Assembly: GCF_006345805.1 (NCBI RefSeq)
Contig: NC_043018.1
Coordinates: 29,884,001-29,948,000, forward strand
Direction of reading: 5' to 3'
Length of the DNA: 64,000 bases
Source of the DNA: Octopus sinensis
Taxonomy: Eukaryota
A program made the position numbers and the translations under genes. Positions 54,396 through 64,000 of this stretch are shown here, in pieces. The first letter of the stretch is position 1; every line of letters begins with the position of its first letter. A model generated the notes under the pieces. The model worked only from the letters and a program-made list of their open reading frames with translations, searched no databases and was not told the origin of the DNA.

Positions 54396-55944
54396 ACGGG
54401 CTTTTTCAGCTCCCGTCTACCAAATCCGCTCACAAGGTTTTGATTAGTCCGTGACTATAGCAGAAAACACTACCAAGATGCCATACAGCGGGATTGAAAC
54501 CGAAACCATGTTGTTGGGAATGCAAGTTTCTTATCACATAGCCACACCTACACCAATATATATATATACATATATGTGCGTGTATGTGTGTGTGAGTGTG
54601 TGTGAGTGTGTGTGTATGTACGTAAGTGTGTGTGAATTGCACATGCGTGTCCATGTGTGTATGTTCATATATGTATATTTATTTGTTAAGTAATATCAAA
54701 TTTATACTTGCACAATACCAGTCAGCAAGATAACCGACGAATTCATATTGTTTTGCATTAATACCAAAATGACTCCAGGCCATTCTTACTTCACTAATCA
54801 CCGAATAGTCACTATGCAAAAGTCCTTCTTTTGTTGGGAAGTGGTGATACTAAGAAAGAATGATAGCGCAGCATGATCATTGCCGAAGGTGTTGCAGAAC
54901 TAAGTACGCATTATGAATCAGAAAAGCAGATAGGTAAAGGATGGATTCTTTCAAAGTGTTGTCGTTGCAATAAATGAAACATTGAGCTATTAGAATATGC
55001 TAAGGAAACGTAAGCTGTGAATACGAATCAATAGAGAAAATAGCCTGTGGCATTGATGATGTCGTCATTTTTCCTTCGTCTTTAGAAATGATTTATCAAA
55101 GTTATATTGTTAACAGAGATAGATGTATCAGCAACATCTGGACTTATCTTATATATATAATAAATTTTAATTTCCACGTTATAAAGAACTGCCATGCATT
55201 CATTCTCTTTCTCGTTCTCTGTCATTCTACTTCTTTATCTCTTTTATTCTTTCGTTGTCTTTTCTCTCTGTCATATTCAATGTCCAATAATATATCGCAA
55301 ACAATCAAAAATGCCGTGCGTTATTCCAGCAGAACTGTTATATAATTGACTGGCAAGTATACACTGCACTTAAATTTTGCATCACAAACCGCCACAATCA
55401 ATGCATGCCCGAAACATTTAAACCACTAATATATTTAACTTTCTTGCATATTGTATCTATCTCCACAGCCTACCCTCTTAACGAAATTAGGCTCACAATA
55501 TATGTAGGTCATCGCACTGAGGGGTTCGACAATATGATAACATACACACGTATTACATTAAATCTAACTATGAACTCATTCAAATCTTGATCCAATCAAC
55601 ATGTATACTCTTTCGGAAATATCAGTCGAAGACGCGACACCAGTTCCTGTAAATACAAACAGAAAACCAAGACAGATAAATATCTACATCAAATAAGAAA
55701 ATCATAAATCTAAATATGTCATAAGGGAGAACATAGCATGTACACTTCATAAAAGATGATCATACAACAAGGTAACCTTGATCTTAAAACTGGAGCTGAA
55801 CAACTTTCTAATACCCAGAGATCAACGTCTACTGAAAGTTGTAAACAAAGCCAGTGAAACTGCTGCAAATATAGAAAACGTAGAATTGCAATACACATCA
55901 TATATGTATGTGTGTGTGTGTGTGCGCGCATGTGTGTATACATA

Positions 55945-56700
55945 CTTGAGGGTCGGTTGAAAAGTTCATAAGCTGACGATGATATGCTCATGGGACGTGA
56001 CCAAATGTGGTTTACTTTTTTAACATAGTCCCCCTTGCGGTTCACGCACTTCTGCCGCCGGTGTTGCAGAGCTTGGATCCCATTAGTGAAGAAGCTTTCA
56101 TCCTCTTGATAAAAAAAATAATCGACAGCAGATATTATGATGTCATCGTTGCTGCGACACTGTTCCCAGCCAAGTGTTTTTTTTTGTTTTTGTTTTTTCG
56201 TATTGGGGAACAGATGATTGTCTGATGTAGCCAAATCAGGATAATAGGGGCGGGGATCAACCAGTTAAAAGCCACAGTCATGCACAACAGCCACGGAAAC
56301 CAAAGACTTGTGTGCTGGAGCCTTTTCTAGATGAAACAAGACCCCTTTCGTCAGTCTTCCTGTGTATTTGGTCTTGATTGATATTCGTAATTACCTTAGC
56401 AAGTTGGCATAGTACTCTCAGTTGATGGCATGACCCTTTTGAAGATAAACACAAAGCCTTTTTTTCATTCAAATAGACTAATGCCATCCCCTTCACAGCA
56501 GGTGAAACAACCTTGGCCTTCTTTGGAGCAGGTGAGGGGGGATGTTTCCACTGCATGGATTGTCTCTTTGTAACTAGATCAAAGCAATGATCCCAGCACC
56601 CACCTGGCTTAGGAGGCGTTCAAGGAAACCAGCTGGATCTACCTCACGCAATGTCAAATTTTGCTGTGGACTGATCAGCCTTGTACACATTTGATCAGGT
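55945..56700 (-). mobile_element. Mariner (DD34D-type) transposon remnant, 3' end
   Basis: C-terminus FFTNGIQALQHRRQKCVNRKGDYVKK. TA + CTTGAGGGTCGGTTGAAAAGTTC terminal-repeat-like end at 55943-55970. Confidence 0.75.
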
Positions 56701-56728
56701 GTCAGAAAACGTGGCAGCATATATATAT

Positions 56729-56772
<44 letters not shown>

Positions 56773-57007
56773 TATATATATATATATATATGCGGAGACC
56801 CCCTTCGGTCATGAACGACCATGTGATTGCACCTAGAAAGTTACACTCCGAGGCACAAGTCCGGGCAAGGTTGTTTATAGAAGACCAGCAGTTGACCATG
56901 CATACCGGCCTCCCCTCTCCATACCACCGGTGTTATAGATACACCAAAACCGGTAGTCAAGCGGTGATGGAAGGGCAAACACAGACACAACGACACACAC
57001 ACACATA

Positions 57008-57084
<77 letters not shown>

Positions 57085-57271
57085 AATAATAAATATTAGG
57101 GAATATATCCAAATTTACAGGGAAAAAAAATCAGATTTAGGATTAAATCCAATTTTATAGTAAAATATTATAAAATATTATTTGAGACAAATATTATTTT
57201 TTCATTTATACTTTAATTATTTAAAAGCATTATTTTTATATTTTAAAATTTTGATTTTTTAGATTGGAAGT

Positions 57272-57314
57272 CCACCTGAAGATTGTCGATCAAGACAAGA
57301 AACGATTGTAGTGG
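57272..57314 (+). ncRNA. Type I hammerhead ribozyme, canonical core
   Basis: CCAC-CUGAAGA-UUGUC(GAUCAA)GACAA-GAAA-C(GAUU)G-UA^-GUGG. Confidence 0.85.
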
Positions 57315-57400
57315 CGGTTTTTTTGACTATTTATTAAATTTTATGTATTGATTAAGTCTTTCCTTGTTTGTTTTGCAAAATAGTGGTTTTGTCTCAAATA

Positions 57401-57447
<47 letters not shown>

Positions 57448-57841
57448 ATATAGGGAGAGTTTACGAAAATAAAAGACGAAGACAGGTGGTGTACAAAACA
57501 AACAGATGTATTAGTATAACGCTCAGGAATAGAAAAAGTATTTTACATTTCGAGCCTACGCTCTTCTACAGAAAGGGACACAGTAAAAACAAGGAGAGAA
57601 ACAAGGAGAGAATAAAATGTGTGTAATGGCTGACGATCTATCATAAGAGTTCTCAACGTGTATGTCAGATGACTCTCGTTCAAGCGATCAAAGTAGAATT
57701 TTATACTCAGAACTCATCAATTGATTGCTTCTCTGTCAATTTTTCTATTCTCTCTCTCTCTACCTCTCCCACCTCTCTCTCTCCATCTCTCTCTCTCTGT
57801 TTCCTTGTATATGCATCTCGCTCTCTTACCCTCTCTTTACA

Positions 57842-57875
<34 letters not shown>

Positions 57876-58467
57876 GACGGGCTTCTTTCAGTTTCCGTGT
57901 ACCAAATCCCAAATCCACTCACAAGGCTTGGAATGGCCCGAGGCTATTGTAGAAAACACTTGCCCAAAGTGCCACGTAGCGGTACGGAGTGTTGTATACG
58001 ATATAGACATATGTAAGCAAATTTGAATAAATATTTATACATGATTTTATTTTCTAGCAACGGTCGACGTTCACGCCAATTGTAACATGAAGCAAACTGT
58101 GTCTTCGATATTTTGAGCTGCTTTATTTTAAAAATAGAACAATTTCCTTCTTTATTTTTTTTTCTTTTGGTTATCGTATGGCTCGCCAGTCTCTAAATGT
58201 TAATATTCTTTAATGCATTGTGTGTAGTTGTCGTCATTTCAATTGCTAATTCGTTGATTTGGTCGTAGCCTCCAAGAAATCCATATTTCATTCTTGAACA
58301 ATTTCAATGAATGAGTGTCTAGTTGTCACGCCCTCTGATGCACTTTCTGATGTTTATGTGTATCGAGTTACAACACTCCCACACACGCGCTCACACAAAC
58401 ACACAGAGAAACGCACACACGTACACACACACACACACACACACGTAGGCACATGCAGGCACGCATA

Positions 58468-58625
58468 CAGACAGATAGACAGATAGATAGAGTGAGAGAG
58501 AGAGAGAGAAACAGACAGATAGACGGAGGGACGGTCAGACGGACAGACAGACGGACGGCGTATGGATGGATGGACGGACGGACAGACTGAAAGACAGACA
58601 GACAGACGGACAGACAGACAGACAG

Positions 58626-58660
<35 letters not shown>

Positions 58661-58820
58661 GACAGACAGATAGATAGATAGAGAGAGAGGGAGCGAGTGG
58701 GAGAGAGAGATAAACAGACAGGTAGACGGAGGGACGGTCAGACGGACAGACAGACGGACAGCGGATGGACGGACGGACGGACGGACTGAAAGACAGACAG
58801 ACAGACAGACAGGCAGACAT

Positions 58821-58906
<86 letters not shown>

Positions 58907-58997
58907 GGACGGACAGACGGCAGACAGATGGACGGACGGATGGACTGACAAACAGATGGACAGACAGACGGAGAGACAGACAGACAGACAGACATAC

Positions 58998-59058
<61 letters not shown>
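58468..59058. repeat. Compound (GACA/GACG/GATG/GATA)n array at the 3' end of LINE copy 2
   Basis: Direct reading; the pure GATA block abuts the element. Confidence 0.97.
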
Positions 59059-59059
<1 letters not shown>

Positions 59060-59384
59060 CTTTCTTTTATTAGCCACACAGGGCTGAATACAGAGGGGAC
59101 AAATACAAATGTAGAGCTTTTCTTTTCGAGGGTGGAAAAAAAGAAAATAAATGTAAGATTGCGATCAAAAGGGATCGAGAGGAGGAAAATAAAGAAAAGA
59201 AATCGTGTATCACAGAAACGATGATAAAAACATTGATAAAACAAGATTGGGTTCATCCGTGGGAAGAAAAGCCTACAGAAAAGACCACGGGAACCTCAGT
59301 CAGGGAGGAAATAACCACATGAGAGCAAAATGCTCTCTCTCTTTCTTTTTTACGATTTACAGGATCATGCTCAAAATGGTTTCG

Positions 59385-62300
59385 TCACTCGCACGCACCA
59401 TCTTTGCAACATTCACCCATCTTTTTTTGAATCTTTCGCGAGACAAAACTTCCCTCTCCATTCTCACCTTCCTTTTCAAGTGGTACTTGAAAAAGTTGAT
59501 GAGCGACTGGCCAGAGAGGTAAGTGTTTGTCTCTAATCCTTTCGCTCGGGTCCACTACACACATTCTTTCACCATGGCCACCAGTACGATGAAAACTGCC
59601 TTGCCTTCCCGGTTGAGGGAAGGGGGCGGAGCAATTCTCACGACAGACTCGGCCGATAGGAGGATTCGTCCAACACGTGACAGCAGCCGTTCGGCATAAG
59701 CCCACAGGTCTGAAATGGTTGGACATTGCACGAGTGCGTGCAGAACGGTTTCGTCGCTCTGACCGCATCTCGGGCAAGTCGGTCCAGTGTGTCTGGAACC
59801 GTGTCTGTGGAGCTTATACCGAACAGGTAATGCTTCTCGATAGCACTGCCAGGCCAGGGATCTTTGGTGATTGTTCATAGGTCCCGGCCCGAAAGTTGTC
59901 CTGAACAGGCGGGTCAGGTGTTCCTCGTCGACGCCCAGACTCTGCCCGAGTTCGTCGTCGCATATCCCCTCCACTAATCATCTATAGAATGCCTTTGTTG
60001 TGATGGAGTCGCACAAGTTCGATCCCGGACGGCAGAGTTGCTTGAGAGCAACGCGACACTCGCGGTGCCATTCACCTAGCCTCGGTCTCTGCTTGATCCA
60101 TGACTATAGTTCGTCCAAGGAGACGAGCTGCGGAAAAGCGCGCCGCACAAAAGGCGACCACACCTGTTCACCGTTGTCTATGAAGCGCCGGAGATGTCGC
60201 AGTCTCAGCGCATGTCTGCGCATCATCAACCACGGCATGCCCAGCCCTCCATTTAGCTGGTGTTGACAGCAAATGGATCGCCAATCATCGGAACGTTTCC
60301 CTTCCACAGGAAGCGGAAGAGTATACGTTCCAGTTTGGTGATGGTAGGGTCGGGACAAGGCACGACGGTCAGACGATACTCGATGACGGATGCGATGTAC
60401 GCGTTCGCCACCTTCGCCCGACCTTTTAGGGATAGCTTTCTCTCGGCCCATTTCTGGGTGAGAGTAGCCACCCTAGTTCTTCTCCATTTGGAGGTCCGGA
60501 CCGAACCAGACCCCGAGCAATTTAACCGATCCGTCCGTCCAGCGTCCCACGATGGAGACGCTGTTGGACGGCATGGGCCTGCTTCTCCAGGTGCCGAGCC
60601 GCAAGCCCACTGACTTTTCCCGGTTAATTTTTGCTCCCGTTACCGCTTCGTATTCTATTAGTGTCTCGCCGACCAGCTCGATGTGCTCGTAGCTCGACAC
60701 TATGACGGTGACGTCATCCGCGTATACAGACACGCTCCTCCCGCATCCCAGCTTTCGTGGGATGCCCCTCAGCGTCGCCAGTTTCCGCAGTAGTGGCTCA
60801 AGAGTCAATACATACAGCAGCGATGAGAGGGGGCATCCTTGACGAACCGAACGCATGATGTTAAAAGGTCTGGATAGATGACCATTTACGCAAACTACTG
60901 AGCGGATGCCGCTGTATAAGGCATCGATCCAACCGCGGAAAACTGGACCGAAACCAGCCGCTTTAAGGACAGCCTCCAAGTAGTGATGGTCTACCCTATC
61001 GAAAGCTTTTGATTGATCCAAATTGATCAGCGCCCCACCCATGCCAGGATTCTTAACTACGCTGTCTATGATGTAGCGCATCAGATGGAGGTTGTCATGA
61101 ATACTTCTACCCGGCACGACGCATGTTTGCGCCTTGTCGATTAGTTTCTTGATGACAAGCGCCAACCTCTCGGCTAACACCTTGGCCAAAATTTTCAAAT
61201 CTGCGTTGAGCAGAGTGATGGGCCTGAAATTATCTATGACGTCCCCCTTGTTTGGGTCTTTCTTAATCAGTGCTACTGCTCCTCGCTTTACAAAAGCAGG
61301 AATACTCCCGTTTTGCTGCCAGTTGCAGTAGACAGCTGCCAAGACGCCTCCAAACAAGTCTGGCATATGACAATAAAGTTCGTAGGGCAGACCATCCAAG
61401 CCTGGTGACTTGTCTTTCGCGCAGCCTACCATCGCATCCTGTACGTCCGCAGCTGTGATAGGCCTTTCACAAGACTCCACCTCTCTTGCTGAGAGTCGTG
61501 GCAAGGCATGCAGGTAGGCACTAAAGTCCACTCTGCGTTCTGACCCACCACTTGTCCAAACAGTTGGGTGAAGTGTTGTTGAAAAGCCCCACACATCCTT
61601 TTAGGCTCGAGCAATTCGCGCCCCTGTTCATCTATAAGAGACTTGATGGTGGCTCTGTTGCCTCGTTGCGTCTCCACCACTCGGGCCTCTTGAGCGGCTC
61701 CAACTCCTTCGTTCCTCAGAGCACGCATCCTAGCTCTGACAACGCATCCCTCGTGTTTGGCGTTGAGGTGTTGGTCGAGGGCCAATCTCGCCGCCACCAC
61801 GTTGGACGCGATGCCAGTTCAAAGTGCGTCTTCTAAAACCTTAACTAATTCTCCCTCTATTCTATTTCGGTCTAATGCTAGGGCTTTACTGTATCTGACT
61901 GATTCTGCTTTAATTGCTTTTTTTTAGGGCATACCACCATCTGTTGTTGATGATGGTACCCGTCAAAGCTCTCTTAACTAATGTGCTGATACGGTCCCTG
62001 TAAACCTGTCGTGCTGTAAAAGACGCGTTCAGTTTCCAGTAACCAGGACCCTGCCTATGAGTCTTATCTAAGTCAAGTGTACAAGTCACAAACTTGTGAT
62101 CTGTGTAACTGACTATATGAAATTGTGGACAACCTACACTATTTTTATCTATTGTCCTACAGAATACTCTATCTAAGTATGATCTGGACGACCCGATGCG
62201 GTTACTCCATGTCCACATTGGCACATTCGGGTGGTCCAGTCGGTACCTGTCAGACAGTTGGAAACGTCTGAGCAGGTCTTTGAGGCATTTGCATCCCCTT

Positions 62301-62775
62301 CTATTGCTATCTCTGCCCACGTAGTCTAGATGCGTGTCCAGGGTGGCATTCCAATCCCCCACTAAAAGTAAAGGACGAGACGTTCCCATGAAAGACTCGA
62401 AAGAAATCTGGTCGGCCTGTTAAGGACGGAGCATAAACTGCTATCAGTCGAAAAGCACACTCATTGCTGCCATCGACATCCAAAACGACCAGCCTACCCT
62501 CCGTGTCTAGGAAAATTGCTCTTACTTTGAGATCCAGACTCTTCCAGAGAAGCACCACGGTGCCACCTCCGCCCATTCTCGATAGACACGGAGAAAAATA
62601 AATGTTGAAATGCGTACCGAAACTGTGCTGGAGTGCCCGCGAGCTGTGGAGTCTGGTCTCACTGATGGCTATGATATTCAGATTTAGTGACTTGATGTTA
62701 TTTAACAGGTAGCCTTGTTTCTAAGGCGACCCCAAGCCATGTACATTTATACTGCCTATTCTGAGAATGTTACGA
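59385..62775 (-). pseudogene. ORF2 of copy 2 (EN-RT-zinc-binding C-terminus), frameshifted
   Basis: 61910..62389 GDWNATLD, SYLDR, TDH, PGYWKLN. 60473..61594 RT with QGCPLS and YADD. 59555..59974 CPRCGQSDETVLHALVQCP zinc-binding motif. Confidence 0.92.
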
Positions 62776-62870
62776 TAAAAAATTGTGTTTTGCACACGAA
62801 AAGAAAGTGCAAAAAAGGAAAGAGAGAGAGAAAAGGTTACTTGTTGTTCGAAAGTCCTTTGTTTTTCACC

Positions 62871-64000
62871 TCACAGTCTTCTTCCATGAGGTTTTTGTAT
62901 AGTTTCTTTGATGAATATTTTTGAAACCTCCCTACTGCATGAGGGTAAAGAGATTTCAGGGTGCTGTATGTGTTCTGTTACGTGTATTATTTTAATGTGT
63001 TGTGGTGGTGTTGTGCGTGGCTGGTTATTTGTTTTTATGTCGTTTTCAGTTATGTTGCTGTTTGACCTAATGTGTTCCATTAGGTCGTGGTTGTTTGTGT
63101 TTATGGCTGTCAACATTGTTGGGGGGTTCGATGATGGTGTGTTTGTGTTGATGTGTTTGTTTTCTGTGGATGTTTTTGTTTCGGGAGTGGTGAATCTTCC
63201 TGCTTTGTTTGTTATCTTTTCTTTTCTTTTTTTCCCCTTTTTCTTCTCCCCCCCTGTGGCTATTTGCCAATCTTCTGTGTCTTCTTCGTCTAATGACAAA
63301 TCAGAGGAATCAGAGCTTGGAAGAGGGAAAATATTGGGGTCTATTGTAGACTGTGTTGATTTTGTTGTTGGTGTTGGTTGGTGAGTGTTAGGTTGTGGTG
63401 TATGCGGTTTTGGAGGTGGGGTGTGGGTATTTTGTGTTTGAGTGATTGTAGGTATTTTTGTGTTGTTTGGGGTGTCAATTTTGTGGGGATTTAGAGTAGT
63501 AATTGTTTCTTCATTTTCGATGAGTGTCTTTTTGGCAGTTGTCCTTGGTTTGGGAGTTGGTTTATTCTTGGTTGTTGTTGTTGTTGGTGTTGCTTCTGTT
63601 CTTGGTGCAGTTGGTGTGGTTGTTTGGTTGGTGAGGTTTTTTTGTTTTTTTTTCTGTGATTAGTCCTGTTTGTACAATTTGTGGTGTGGGTAGTAAAGCT
63701 GGCTTTTTTTGTTTTTTCCGGCTGCTGTTGTTGTTGCTGTTGTTTTCTTGCGGCATATTTGCAATATTTTTTTAGGTGTTGCTCACTGCCGCATATGTAG
63801 CAACGTGGTCTTCTGCCATCGACGACCACATACAACTTGTGGTCTTCTGATACACATATCTGGGTGGGCATTTTCTTTATGTCCTCTTGGTTTATATGTA
63901 GTAGAAATTCTACACTTTTTCCCACCCAGTTTTTGTGTTCCGTGACCGTAGTTTCTAAAATTGTGAAATCTTCCATTTTCACACATAAGGCCTTTACTAG
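62871..64000 (-). pseudogene. C-terminal part of ORF1 of copy 2
   Basis: 63491..63982 contains VVVDGRRPRCYICGSEQHLKKYC (CCHC knuckle), aligning by eye with copy 1 VVAEGKKPRCYNCGSPEHLIAKC. 62871..63299 matches the copy 1 C-terminus (WQIATGG). Confidence 0.85.

Larger units (their letters stand above)
59059..64000 (-). mobile_element. L1/Tx1-type non-LTR retrotransposon, copy 2 (diverged relative of copy 1); 5' part runs off the window
   Basis: Colinear with copy 1. Same 3' terminus (...CAGCCCTGTGTGGCTAATAAAAGAAAGT) followed by (TATC)n. Confidence 0.9.

Overview
AT-rich animal (eukaryotic) genomic DNA, most likely intronic or intergenic. It is dominated by (TA)n, (CA)n, (GATA)n and trinucleotide microsatellites and by transposable elements. 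The repeat style suggests a cephalopod such as Octopus (inference, not confirmed). No host protein-coding gene could be recognised, and almost all short ORFs in the supplied track are microsatellite artefacts. Supported content: (1) two diverged L1/Tx1-type non-LTR retrotransposons on the minus strand (10.5-16.1 kb, apparently full length; 59.1 kb to the window end), both anchored in (GATA)n arrays; (2) a ~2.2 kb element encoding only a homologue of their ORF1 (HAL1-like), inserted with a target-site duplication into the tRNA-derived head of a SINE; (3) tRNA-derived SINEs of about four families, one sharing its 3' tail with the Tx1-like LINE and showing 17-bp TSDs; (4) two 5'-truncated CR1-like LINE copies in (TA)n; (5) two non-autonomous Helitrons and three Tc1/mariner remnants; (6) at least seven type-I hammerhead ribozyme motifs from four unrelated small repeat contexts, read by eye, with palindromic stem III typical of Penelope-like-element hammerheads. 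Four of these carry the compensatory U3:A8 core variant, one family shows stem II covariation, and a fifth family has a deviant hammerhead-like fold. There is a 100-N assembly gap at 50760-50859. Frameshifts in element ORFs may be decay or sequencing indels. All structure and homology calls were made by eye without searches.
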